From the IMG/VR virus record IMGVR_UViG_3300045256_000050, positions 1 to 64,000 of that record: a stretch of 64,000 nt of DNA; one strand, given 5' to 3'. Positions 52,761 to 62,078 of the stretch are shown one piece after another; position 1 is the stretch's first letter; each line of letters begins with the position of its first letter. The notes beneath the pieces were generated by a model. The model saw only the letters and a list, made by a program, of their open reading frames with translations, had not been told where the DNA came from and did not search any database. Made by a program: the position numbers and the translations under genes.

Positions 52761-53906
52761 CTACCGGCCAGCCCCGAACCCGACTTTCCGGTCATCATTC
52801 CGGCTTCGTTCGTAGTGTTCCTTGAACGCTTTCTCCAGATTCCACTTGCCGTCGCCCAAAACCTTGTTCGTGACGAGCAGCGTGCGGATCGACTCCATCT
52901 CGGCGAAGCTGAAGTTCGTAGACCGGGAGATCAGTTTCTCCACGTCGATGTTCTCCTGAATCTCCTTCGGCCAGATGTTGACGAGCCGCCGCCGCAGGTT
53001 CTCATCCGGCCTCGGCAGCGAGATGCACTTGTCGATCCGACCCGGCCGGGTGAAAGCAGGGTCCAGGTCGCCGACCCGCTCGTTGGTCGTGAAGATACGG
53101 ACCAAGTGCGAGTCGTTGAACATCCCGTCCATCGCCGTCAGGAGCGACGTAGCCATCTTACCGTCGCCGCTCCTGCGGTTCATGTAGGTGATGTCGATGT
53201 CGTCGAAGAACGTCACCGTGTACTGATGGAACAGGTCGGTCAACTGCTGTTCCTGGTACGCCTTGTCAATGTGGGCGGCGGTGACGATCCCGAACTCGAT
53301 CCCGTGCTTGACGCACAGCCGTTGCAGGTAGCGGCAGACCATGCTCTTGCCGTTGCCCGGATCGCCGTCGAGGATGAGGCCACGCTTGATGCGGACCCCA
53401 TACTTCTCGATCTCCTTCGAGTTCATCAGGAACCCGACGGTGTTGGCGACGATATCTTCCAGAATCCCGTCGGCCAGGATCGGCGGCTGGTTGTCCTCGA
53501 ACGCCTGCTCGCACTGCCGCTGGCAGGCGAGGATGACACGGGCGGACTCGGCCTGCTTGCAGACCAGGAACCGCTCGTCGCCCCACTGCCCCCGGATGTG
53601 GACGACGGCGTAGTGGAGCGGGGCGTTGCGGCACTTGTAGAAGATGGCTCCGTAGCCGGGCTTCTTGGTGCCGTGGAGGGCGGATGCACTGATGAAAGGC
53701 AGGTCGGCGATGGGGCCGATGGTCTTAACGGGGATGTCCCGGTGCCGCCCCTCCATGTGTTCGGATGGGTAGACTCGGCTGTCGAATACTTTCAGTTGCT
53801 CGACCGAGACGTTGAAGAACTCACTTGCAATCCTGGGGAGGATTCGCTTGAGTTCCGGCCAAACCGCATTCAGGGTTTCCTGACTTGTGATTGTCGTGGT
53901 TTCCAT
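52761..53906 (-). CDS. AAA+ ATPase
   Basis: GDPGNGKS Walker A, FFDDID Walker B, TTN and DPAFTRPGRID (SRH); AAGGAGGT RBS. Confidence 0.9.
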   Translation of the reverse strand: METTTITSQETLNAVWPELKRILPRIASEFFNVSVEQLKVFDSRVYPSEHMEGRHRDIPVKTIGPIADLPFISASALHGTKKPGYGAIFYKCRNAPLHYAVVHIRGQWGDERFLVCKQAESARVILACQRQCEQAFEDNQPPILADGILEDIVANTVGFLMNSKEIEKYGVRIKRGLILDGDPGNGKSMVCRYLQRLCVKHGIEFGIVTAAHIDKAYQEQQLTDLFHQYTVTFFDDIDITYMNRRSGDGKMATSLLTAMDGMFNDSHLVRIFTTNERVGDLDPAFTRPGRIDKCISLPRPDENLRRRLVNIWPKEIQENIDVEKLISRSTNFSFAEMESIRTLLVTNKVLGDGKWNLEKAFKEHYERSRNDDRKVGFGAGR

Positions 53907-54348
53907 CGCTACCTCCTTGTAGTTGTTTTTTGGCGGCATCCCTTGCCAGCACGTCACATCGGTTGTGGATTTCGTTGTCGGCGTGTCCCTTTACTTTCTG
54001 CCATGTGACCTTGTGTTTCTCTACCAACGAGAGAAGTTTGACCCACAGGTCTTGATTCTCGACCGGCTTCCCCATCGAGGAAGTCCAGCCGTTCTTCCGC
54101 CACTTGATGTACCAGCCCTGCTTGAAGCAGTTCACGATGTAGGCGGAATCACAGTAGATCGTGAACTCGCTCGGGTCTTTGTAGTGGTCAAGACCCGAGA
54201 TGACCGCCTGGAGTTCCATGCGGTTGTTCGTCGTGTGGGGTGCGGACCCCTGAAGCACCTTCTCCTGCCCGTTCTCGATGACGATGGTCGCCCACCCACC
54301 TTGACCGGGGTTCGTCAGTGAAGAACCGTCCGTGTAAAGCTCGATCAT
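53821..54348 (-). CDS. rnhA: Ribonuclease HI
   Basis: YTDGS, TTNNRMEL, DSAY, VENQDLW, VKGH, N.RCD.LA. Confidence 0.95.
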   Translation of the reverse strand: MIELYTDGSSLTNPGQGGWATIVIENGQEKVLQGSAPHTTNNRMELQAVISGLDHYKDPSEFTIYCDSAYIVNCFKQGWYIKWRKNGWTSSMGKPVENQDLWVKLLSLVEKHKVTWQKVKGHADNEIHNRCDVLARDAAKKQLQGGSDGNHDNHKSGNPECGLAGTQANPPQDCK

Positions 54349-54575
54349 CCTTGATCTGTCCTCTCTTGGTAGTTGTTCTCTTCGAGTTCACTGAGAACGT
54401 GCCGGAGAACCAGTTCCAGGTTCCCGCCGGTCCCGTCGAACACGTCGAACTGGTTGTGGGTGATCTTTTGGCCGACGTATTTGTGTTCGGTTTTGGACCG
54501 AATCACGACGCCCACGAAAGTCTGCCGCTTGTGGAGTTCTTCGATCAGTTCTTCGGTCGTGGCAAGCTCTAGCAT
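54345..54575 (-). CDS. Hypothetical protein
   Basis: GGGAG RBS, ATGA overlap. Confidence 0.75.
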   Translation of the reverse strand: MLELATTEELIEELHKRQTFVGVVIRSKTEHKYVGQKITHNQFDVFDGTGGNLELVLRHVLSELEENNYQERTDQG

Positions 54576-54604
54576 TGGTGGCTCCCTGCCATGTTGGGTT
54601 CGGC

Positions 54605-55216
54605 TCAGCCGAACTTGTAAGTTACCGAGACGTTGACTTCGAGCGTGGGCGTGTGCAGATGGTTCGCCAGCTTGTGCTTCTTAGCATCCTTTGCCGTGAG
54701 GTAAAGGTCTAGGTGGCGGTTTTTTCGGAGCAAATCGAGGATGTAATCCTCGGGGTGCCCCAGGTGCTTTGCCATCTTTTTATACATCGTCTGGTTAAGG
54801 AATTCAAGATGCTTAACATCCTCTTTGATGTCCTCGATCTTGCCGTCCATGATGTCAGCGATGTCGTGGATCATGATGGTAGCGTCCGGGGCCATGAAGC
54901 GGTAGCCTTCGGTCCCAAACGAGAACAGGATCGCACCCGCACTCATTGCCTTCGTGCGGACGATGGTTGCGACTGGTAAACGTGCCTGTTCGATCACGTC
55001 CACCATCCCTCGGCAGCCGTAGACGCTGCCGCCGTAAGAGTCGATGATGACAGGGATTACCGGCTGGCCCGTGTTGTGGGCCTCGCTCATGTCTTCCTCA
55101 AAATCCTCGACCGCCTCCGAGTCGAACTTTGTGACCCGAACGACGACCGGCTCTTGCAGGATGTCTTCCCGGTCCTCAACAGTCAGGAGTGGATCGAGAT
55201 TGAAGATGGTGTTCAT
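54605..55216 (-). CDS. clpP: ClpP-family protease
   Basis: IDSYGGSV, AMSAG (Ser), IMIHD (His), DLYLTA. Confidence 0.85.
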   Translation of the reverse strand: MNTIFNLDPLLTVEDREDILQEPVVVRVTKFDSEAVEDFEEDMSEAHNTGQPVIPVIIDSYGGSVYGCRGMVDVIEQARLPVATIVRTKAMSAGAILFSFGTEGYRFMAPDATIMIHDIADIMDGKIEDIKEDVKHLEFLNQTMYKKMAKHLGHPEDYILDLLRKNRHLDLYLTAKDAKKHKLANHLHTPTLEVNVSVTYKFG

Positions 55217-55418
55217 TTAGTTTGGCCTTCTGCTTCTGCTTTTGGAGGTACAACATCGCACGCCGAATGCCGATTCGCACGTCGGGGTGGTGGGCGTACA
55301 GTTCACTGAAGTCGCCTTCAGTTTTTCCGTTTTCCATCAATTCGTTCAGGTCGGCTAGGAAGAGATCGATCTTCTTCCTCAATTCTTCGCTGAGTCCACG
55401 TCTTCCGTAGATTTCCAT
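55176..55418 (-). CDS. Hypothetical protein
   Basis: AGGAG RBS; sits in the operon. Confidence 0.65.
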   Translation of the reverse strand: MEIYGRRGLSEELRKKIDLFLADLNELMENGKTEGDFSELYAHHPDVRIGIRRAMLYLQKQKQKAKLNEHHLQSRSTPDC

Positions 55419-55420
55419 TG

Positions 55421-57046
55421 TTACACTACTCCTGGGATTTTTTCAAGAACGAAGTCTGGGTCTTTGTGCGGTGCGTAGTAGACGTTTACAAACTCACGCA
55501 AGTGTTCACTAATAGACTTGACCCAGATACGGCTCTGTAGGTGCTTCGTGGCGACCACGCTGGCCCACGAGTCGATGCCGATGTAGCCGCCGCACTCCTC
55601 GGCCAGCCGCCGGGCCTCACAGATGCCCACGTCCGTCTTGTTCCTTAACAGGCGGTGGTCGGGTATCTCGACGCTATCCGGCCCGATCACCACGCCCGTC
55701 ATCTTCCATCTCTCCAGCCAAGCAATCGTGTTCTCCCAATCCTGCTTGTCGAAGTTTCGGCCACGGGAGTAAGTGTTGCCGCTGGCCGGGCAGATCAACA
55801 CATACCCGCTGCCCCGCAGTTGTGTCAGGAACTCGTCCTTCTTGACGAAGCTCAACTCCTTACCGTTCTCCAAGATGTTCTGGAACTGAACCTGGATGCT
55901 GTAGTCCTCAACCTCGTGCCAGTCTTTCGGGCACAAGTCCACGCCGGTCTGCTCGAAGTGGTGGGCGAACGCCTCGGTGATCTGCCCCTTCCGGTCGAAG
56001 GCGTCGAGGTTGTGGAAGTCGCTCCAGATGGTTTCGATTTCCACGTTCGGGTGACGCTCGCCGATGAGTTGAGTCAGTTCCTTGTGGGCACGGGTGGCGA
56101 GGTAGATTTTCTTCAGTGAAGACTCGAACTTGCTCAGCATGTGCGACTTGAGAGCCAACCAGTCGCCGATGCCGCCTGTTACCACGATCTTCTCCGTGGG
56201 CGGGACGTGGTAGATGGTCGTCTTGTTGTCGATAACGGCACGGGTGCGGGTGAGGAGTTCCTGCCAGTCGTCGCAGCGGGATTGTCGTAACAGCGTGAGC
56301 GACGGATACCAGTTGCCGACCTTCCAGCGGGGGTCGTGGTAGCGGGACATCAACCCCAGCGTAGGGACGCCCATCGCCCCTGCGATGTGCAGGGCGGCGG
56401 TATCCACCGTGACCACCAAGTCCATCTGCTTAATCAACGCCGCCGTGTCGAGGAAGTTGTTCTGTTCCACGCCGTTGAGCGGGAAGTCTTCGGCGTCCCG
56501 CAGAAACCAGTTCAGGTTCGGCTGCTGTTGGATCATGAAGAATTCGGCGTTCGGCCTCAGTAAAGTCTTGAACCACTTGAGCGGGCAGGACCGTTCGAAG
56601 TTGTTGGTGTGGCTCGGGTTGCCCTCCCAGGCGATGCCGATTTTCAGCTTGTTCTCGAACCCCGCCAGCGGCCGATCCGGGGCCGTCAGGTAGTTGGCGG
56701 TGGGGATGAAGCCGAGGATGAAGGGCAGGCTCAGGGAGAGGATGTGGTAGTCGTGCGGCGGCAGGCTCTCGTCGCCTTCCTTGTCGATCCACCCGGCGAT
56801 TTTGAAGTTGTACTCGACGAGCGGACGAAGGGCGGCGTGGGCGTGGATATATAGCTCACACTCCTGCTTGAGCAGGTAAGGGATGTACCGCAGAAATTGA
56901 ATGACATCGCCACAGCCCTGTTCCCCGTAGAGGATCACTCTCTTACCTTTGAGCGGCCGGTCGCCGTTCCACCTGATGCTGTTGCAGTACAGGTAGTGGT
57001 AGTTGACCATCTTCGGGGAATTGAGCCGTAGCAGGTTGTCTTTCAT
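55421..57046 (-). CDS. Glycosyltransferase with GT9-like domain(s)
   Basis: EQGCGDVIQF, IGIAWEG, DLVVTVDTAALHIAGAMG; second domain GGIGD...YIGIDS. Confidence 0.85.
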   Translation of the reverse strand: MKDNLLRLNSPKMVNYHYLYCNSIRWNGDRPLKGKRVILYGEQGCGDVIQFLRYIPYLLKQECELYIHAHAALRPLVEYNFKIAGWIDKEGDESLPPHDYHILSLSLPFILGFIPTANYLTAPDRPLAGFENKLKIGIAWEGNPSHTNNFERSCPLKWFKTLLRPNAEFFMIQQQPNLNWFLRDAEDFPLNGVEQNNFLDTAALIKQMDLVVTVDTAALHIAGAMGVPTLGLMSRYHDPRWKVGNWYPSLTLLRQSRCDDWQELLTRTRAVIDNKTTIYHVPPTEKIVVTGGIGDWLALKSHMLSKFESSLKKIYLATRAHKELTQLIGERHPNVEIETIWSDFHNLDAFDRKGQITEAFAHHFEQTGVDLCPKDWHEVEDYSIQVQFQNILENGKELSFVKKDEFLTQLRGSGYVLICPASGNTYSRGRNFDKQDWENTIAWLERWKMTGVVIGPDSVEIPDHRLLRNKTDVGICEARRLAEECGGYIGIDSWASVVATKHLQSRIWVKSISEHLREFVNVYYAPHKDPDFVLEKIPGVV

Positions 57047-57095
57047 AATTTCCTGTTTTGCCGCATAGATAAGATACTCACTATAGGAGAGCGAT

Positions 57096-57347
57096 ATGGC
57101 CGTAAAAGATTTCTACGAATGGTGCAAGGAAAACAACCTTGACCTGAGCCTCGAAGCCACTCACAAGGAGCCGGTTCGTGGCATGAAGAAGGCACCGAAC
57201 AAGGACAAGTTCAACGGTCCTCGTGACCAGCGTGACGACCTGTCCGCCGACTACAAGGGCCACGTTGCCATGAACGGCACCGTCGAGCCGTACAAGGTCG
57301 TTGCTAAGGGCAAGGGCGGTAAGGCCGTTGCTCCGGTTGCTGGCTAA
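57096..57347 (+). CDS. Small protein with a capsid-targeting-like N-terminus
   Basis: AGGAG RBS; MAVKDFYEWCKE; TAGATA upstream. Confidence 0.75.
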   Translation: MAVKDFYEWCKENNLDLSLEATHKEPVRGMKKAPNKDKFNGPRDQRDDLSADYKGHVAMNGTVEPYKVVAKGKGGKAVAPVAG

Positions 57348-57354
57348 GGTGTGA

Positions 57355-58146
57355 TTGATGAAGAAGTGGCTCTGTGCGTTAGCACTGGTGCTGGCGGCTA
57401 CGGCCTCCGGCGTACTGCTTCTTAGTCGTCTTGCTGATGTACAGCAGCAGGTGGCTGAGCCGGAGCCGATTCGCACATTCCCTGCACTCAATTTAGAGCC
57501 GTTCCAGGTTCTATACGCTAACGAGCGGTTGACCGAGTACACCGCAGCGTACACCAGTCAGGACGGCGAAGAGGAAGTAAAAGACATTCAGTGCCCGATC
57601 CCCATGAAGGATCGGGTCTTCAATAAGACTGGTATTCAATGTGTGTATGCTTCAACTGAGATGATCGGGAGATGGGCCGAGGAACCGAAGCTCATGAACC
57701 CGCCTCTCACCAGTAGACCTGAATGTAAAAGCTACTCTTCGCCTTCCCGACTGGCGCAAGTTCTCAACAGTCTCAAAGTCAAATACGAACAGAGTTACGG
57801 TAAGCGTGACGAGGGCCGTGCCCTGATCCGAAAGGCAATGGCCGAGGGCCGTGGCTGCCTGTGGGGCGTGCCCGGTCACGCAATGGTCATCGTCCATTGG
57901 GACGAGGCTAAGAACGTATTCAAGTGGGTGGACAACTCCGACCGTTCACTGAAGGTACAGACCGGAACCATCCAGCAGTTCGAGCGGCGGTGGGACAGTT
58001 GGATTTGCGTGGTTTACGCAGACAACGACATCATCCCGCAGAAGATGAACAAGACCACCCTGCCGAATCAAATCCCCATCAAGGACCGGAATGGCGTTCA
58101 GGGCAAGTACCCGAACGACTACATCCCGTCCCCGCAGAAGAAGTAA
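57355..58146 (+). CDS. Membrane-anchored papain/C39-like cysteine peptidase
   Basis: QCVYAS (Cys), GHAMV (His), VDNS. Confidence 0.7.
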   Translation: MMKKWLCALALVLAATASGVLLLSRLADVQQQVAEPEPIRTFPALNLEPFQVLYANERLTEYTAAYTSQDGEEEVKDIQCPIPMKDRVFNKTGIQCVYASTEMIGRWAEEPKLMNPPLTSRPECKSYSSPSRLAQVLNSLKVKYEQSYGKRDEGRALIRKAMAEGRGCLWGVPGHAMVIVHWDEAKNVFKWVDNSDRSLKVQTGTIQQFERRWDSWICVVYADNDIIPQKMNKTTLPNQIPIKDRNGVQGKYPNDYIPSPQKK

Positions 58147-59070
58147 TCAAGCGTTTGCCACGAGTTCCACGGACGTGATCCGGTTGATGCCGGTTGCGGA
58201 CTCGAACCGTACTCGCATGAAGTTAATCTCCAGCCGGTCGAACGCCGTGACCGGAGTCCATGTCCACTCCACCACCGAGTACGAACCTGTCGTGGCCGAC
58301 GAGAACGATTGGCTGCGTGGCGTGAAGCCCGGAGCTTCCACGACGAGGCTGGCCCCGATGAGGGCCGGGGCCGACGTGTTCTTCACGCAGATACGGAGCG
58401 TGACCGAACTGTAAGATTGCGGCGTGCCGTCCGGGAGAACGTCGAAGGCGAACTCCTGGGTGGTGTTCGTGTCGTCGTAGATGTAGCTGCCGTCGCCGTC
58501 GTTGGCGTCCACGGGCGTGCGAATCTTCTCCCACTTGTGGCCCATCGCCGGGACACGCTTCCAGCCGGTGCCGGGGGCGGTGATGATGTTCGCCCCCAGG
58601 TCGTCGTTGGGCCGCAGGGTGAACGGCGGGCCGAGGAGGAAGTCCCGGACATCCGTGATGTTCTGGATGGCCCGCAGGGCGGTGCGGGAGTGACGGCCCG
58701 GATTGAGGGTCATCCGCTCGGCGATGTCGTAGAGTTCGTCCACAGCGTTGACGTTGAGCCATGTGGCACTCGTGTTCATGGCGAGGTACGGGACGCTGTT
58801 ACGATAAATCTGTAGGTTGTAGACGTTATCGTTGTTCATGACCGTCTGGCTGAGCCGGTATTCCCAGAGGACTTGTGGGCGGTACGGGTCGGTGCAGATG
58901 GTCAGGTCACGCTCGTAGGCGTAGTATTCCCCTGGCGCAACGAGCGACCAGTTGACGCCGAAGAGTTCGGTCTTCATGATGAGTTCCCGGACCAGCATCT
59001 CGTTGTACAGGAAGTCGAGTTCCTTCTTGTTGTTCTGGTCGATGGGAAGACTAGGAATTCTTTGGCTCAT
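58147..59070 (-). CDS. Hypothetical, probable virion protein
   Basis: Long ORF with a beta-rich C-terminal domain. Confidence 0.75.
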   Translation of the reverse strand: MSQRIPSLPIDQNNKKELDFLYNEMLVRELIMKTELFGVNWSLVAPGEYYAYERDLTICTDPYRPQVLWEYRLSQTVMNNDNVYNLQIYRNSVPYLAMNTSATWLNVNAVDELYDIAERMTLNPGRHSRTALRAIQNITDVRDFLLGPPFTLRPNDDLGANIITAPGTGWKRVPAMGHKWEKIRTPVDANDGDGSYIYDDTNTTQEFAFDVLPDGTPQSYSSVTLRICVKNTSAPALIGASLVVEAPGFTPRSQSFSSATTGSYSVVEWTWTPVTAFDRLEINFMRVRFESATGINRITSVELVANA

Positions 59071-59365
59071 ATATCATTTCTCTCAGGAAGATTCGGTAAC
59101 ACTTGCTGTACGCCTGCCCCCAGGCGGCACCGTGGGTGTAGTTCCCCGGCTTGTCCCAGGCCAGGACGTGTGCCATCTCGTGAATTAGCGTCTCTAGGGC
59201 AAGTTCTTCGGAAAGGTCTTTACTGATGCGGATGCGAAATGTGCCGTCTTCGAGCTTCAGGCAGTCGCCGTGGCAGTCTTGGGGAACACGCACCCGTCTG
59301 ACCGAGAATGTATACTCGGGCAAACACCGCCGGTACATGTTTACGACCTTCCTAAATTGCCCCAT
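59051..59365 (-). CDS. SprT-like HExxH metalloprotein
   Basis: LIHEMAHV...HGAAW. Confidence 0.8.
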   Translation of the reverse strand: MGQFRKVVNMYRRCLPEYTFSVRRVRVPQDCHGDCLKLEDGTFRIRISKDLSEELALETLIHEMAHVLAWDKPGNYTHGAAWGQAYSKCYRIFLREMIYEPKNS

Positions 59366-59403
59366 GAGAGGTATTTAGGAAGGTCGTGATGGGAAATCAG
59401 AAG

Positions 59404-60054
59404 TTACAGCTTAACGTGGTAGACCTTGACTAATAACGGGTCCAGTTCGGCTTGGAGTTCACCGAACGAGACGACGTGTTCGTCCCGGTCTTCCCAGATG
59501 TGAATCTCTTCCAGGTCCGTCCAGAGGGCAACGAACTGGTCGATAATCCACTTCTTCCACGGGAAGGTTTCCTGTGGCTTCGGACCTTTTGCCAGCTTAA
59601 TAGCCGGACCGTCGTTCCCGAGGAGGAACAACTGTACCTTCGGATCGACCCACCGGAAAGTACCGTTACCGACCTTCTCGACCTGGGCGAGCTTCCCGTC
59701 GTGGATGACCCGGTAGACTTGCTGGGCAAGCCCAGCGTGTCGGCCGGTCATGATGACGGTCGCCCGTTCGGGGTCGGCGGCGGACTTCCTCAATGCCTCC
59801 ACGGTTTCCGTGATGAACCACTCCGGCGTCAGCGGGTCCGGGCAGAGCGGCGGTTGCATCGTCTCCGCACGCCCGTACCAGCCCTGCCGCATCGGAATGA
59901 ACTTCCCGTGCTTTGCCGACAGTTCCTTCGACAAGCTCTTGGAGATTGCCCAGGGGATGCCGGTAGCCTTCTCGTATTGCTTACGAGTTTCGGGGGTATC
60001 GACGGGGTTCTTCCACAGAGTCCCGTCGAGATCGAAGATGTCTAAGTATTTCAT
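59404..60054 (-). CDS. HAD-superfamily phosphatase (Swiss-Army-Knife RNA-repair-like HAD)
   Basis: FDLDGTL, MTGR, WKK and WEDR motifs. Confidence 0.8.
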   Translation of the reverse strand: MKYLDIFDLDGTLWKNPVDTPETRKQYEKATGIPWAISKSLSKELSAKHGKFIPMRQGWYGRAETMQPPLCPDPLTPEWFITETVEALRKSAADPERATVIMTGRHAGLAQQVYRVIHDGKLAQVEKVGNGTFRWVDPKVQLFLLGNDGPAIKLAKGPKPQETFPWKKWIIDQFVALWTDLEEIHIWEDRDEHVVSFGELQAELDPLLVKVYHVKL

Positions 60055-60105
60055 GACGGCACCCGTGGTCATCGAGGTTTTAGCTCAATATACCACGGGC
60101 GTCGG

Positions 60106-61626
60106 TTATTGTAAAGACTTCCGCAGGAGCGACCGGAACATTTGCAGTTCCATCTCCCGCTTCTTCTGAGTTGCGTCTTCAGTGCGGAGTTGACCGGAGA
60201 ACGGGTCTTTGAGGGACGCAAAGGCGTCGGTCACTTCACCGTTACCGTTGATCGGCTCGACTCTTGGGGAGTTGAGGTAGGCCACGAATGCGTCGGCCAA
60301 GCTGTCGGGTTTGCCGCCGACCTTCGTCAACCACGCCCGAATCTTTCGGGTCGGAACGCCCGAAGTCATGATGGCGTCCGTCATTTCGGCGAGCGAGTTA
60401 GCGTCCACTTCCGGGGACAGGCCCAGGGTCTTCACCAAAACAACGATCTTCTTCACGTCTTCCGGGCGGACGCCTTCGAGTTGTCGGACGATCACGCCTT
60501 CCGGCAACTTCTGCATCATCCACGCAATCGGGGCGTGGCGGTCGCCGATCTCCCGCAGGCCGCTCGGCATCTCCATGTTCAGGTCGCCGCCCACTTCTGG
60601 TGGGAACAGGTGATCCGTAACACCGAGAACGCTCAGGAGCTTCAGGAACTTCCGGGGGTCGATGTCCTCGTAGCCCATGCCCTTCATGAACTCGTCCATA
60701 GCGGCCTTTCGGTCCACCTTAGCGAGCAGCGGGGCAGCCTTGCGGATCATCTCGGTTTCTTCGTCGCTGATGGACGCCGGATCGCCGTAGCGGGCCATCA
60801 TCCGGGCGAACCGGAGGATACGCATCGGGTCTTCACTGAACTTGGCGTCGAACCCGCCGATGGGCGAGATACGACCGGCCTTCAGGTGGTGGAGTCCGCC
60901 GAAGAAGTCGCTCAGTTCCTTGTTCGGGCCGTTGTCGTTGCCGAGCAACAGGTACATCGAGTTGATGGTGAAGTCACGGCCAGCCGCATCGTCTGCGTGC
61001 GTGCCGTTCATGATGTCGCCCTCTTTGCTCCGGGTGAACACGCTCAGGTCGAACTCGTCGTTGCGAACCTTAACACCGAAGCTGTACGGACGACCGCCGG
61101 AGTCCTTCTTCTTCACCCAGAACACCTGCTGAGCGGCCGGTTGTTCGCCGCCGAGTCCGCCCGCCTGCATGGACGAGTTCGGGCCGTTGTCCGGCTGGCC
61201 GTTCTCGCCGATGAACTTGAACTTGTTCTGGGTGAGGATGTGGTACACTTCGTCGGGGCTGGCGTCCGTCACCAGTTCGATGTGACGGGGCTTGCGGCCC
61301 GTCAGGTGGTCACGGAGCGCACCGCCGGTCAGGTACAGTTTCTTGCTGCCCACCTTGACCGGCTTGTCCTCGCCCGTCTTCGGGTCTTTGCTCCAGCCCC
61401 AATTCGCACTCTTCTTGAAAGCTCGCACGAGCGGTGCGAGATTCTTGTTCTTCCCGAAGTGTTCGGAGTTCGTGTCGTCGGAAACGGTAAAAGGCGGCAG
61501 GTCGTTGCCGTCGCCCAGGGAGATTCGTGAAGTCAACGGCTCCTCGCCAGCACCACCGGCACTGCCGAGGCCGTTTCTCGCCTTCTGTTCTTCGACGAAT
61601 TCCCGGAATGTTCTCTTCTTTAGCAT
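60106..61626 (-). CDS. CCA-adding enzyme/poly(A) polymerase family protein with a substituted catalytic DxD
   Basis: GGALRDHL, RDFTINSM, EDPMRILR; the DxD position reads H-I-E. Confidence 0.85.
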   Translation of the reverse strand: MLKKRTFREFVEEQKARNGLGSAGGAGEEPLTSRISLGDGNDLPPFTVSDDTNSEHFGKNKNLAPLVRAFKKSANWGWSKDPKTGEDKPVKVGSKKLYLTGGALRDHLTGRKPRHIELVTDASPDEVYHILTQNKFKFIGENGQPDNGPNSSMQAGGLGGEQPAAQQVFWVKKKDSGGRPYSFGVKVRNDEFDLSVFTRSKEGDIMNGTHADDAAGRDFTINSMYLLLGNDNGPNKELSDFFGGLHHLKAGRISPIGGFDAKFSEDPMRILRFARMMARYGDPASISDEETEMIRKAAPLLAKVDRKAAMDEFMKGMGYEDIDPRKFLKLLSVLGVTDHLFPPEVGGDLNMEMPSGLREIGDRHAPIAWMMQKLPEGVIVRQLEGVRPEDVKKIVVLVKTLGLSPEVDANSLAEMTDAIMTSGVPTRKIRAWLTKVGGKPDSLADAFVAYLNSPRVEPINGNGEVTDAFASLKDPFSGQLRTEDATQKKREMELQMFRSLLRKSLQ

Positions 61627-61676
61627 AACTATGACTCCACCTTCCTTTATTCTAGTTATGAGCCACGCACTCAATC

Positions 61677-62078
61677 TTAGGGAACCGAAGGCGGGTTCAG
61701 ACCGAGTTTGTATAGTACGAAAGCGGCGATGACGATCCAGCAGAGTTGGATTACGAAGCCCCAGATCGACGCCCACCGGCCTTCGTTGCCTTTGGAAGTG
61801 TGTTCGAGGGCCATGAGCCGCTTATCAATCTCGTTCAACTTGTCTGCGTGCGCAGCGACTTCGGTGAACACGGCGTTCGTGTTCCTCGACTCCAGCACCA
61901 CGATCCGCTGGACTGTTTCGTTGTAGAGCTTGTTAAGGGTTTCCAAGCGGGTGTCCTGCTCGACCTGCTTAGTCTGGATAGACTTGACCCGCTCGTCGAT
62001 CCGAGTGCTGAGTTCAAACAGCTTTTGGATGTTCTCCGACGCTTGGGTCAATATCTGCATTTGTAGGTCTTCACGCAT
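61677..62078 (-). CDS. Coiled-coil protein with a C-terminal TM segment
   Basis: Heptad pattern and hydrophobic tail. Confidence 0.8.
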   Translation of the reverse strand: MREDLQMQILTQASENIQKLFELSTRIDERVKSIQTKQVEQDTRLETLNKLYNETVQRIVVLESRNTNAVFTEVAAHADKLNEIDKRLMALEHTSKGNEGRWASIWGFVIQLCWIVIAAFVLYKLGLNPPSVP

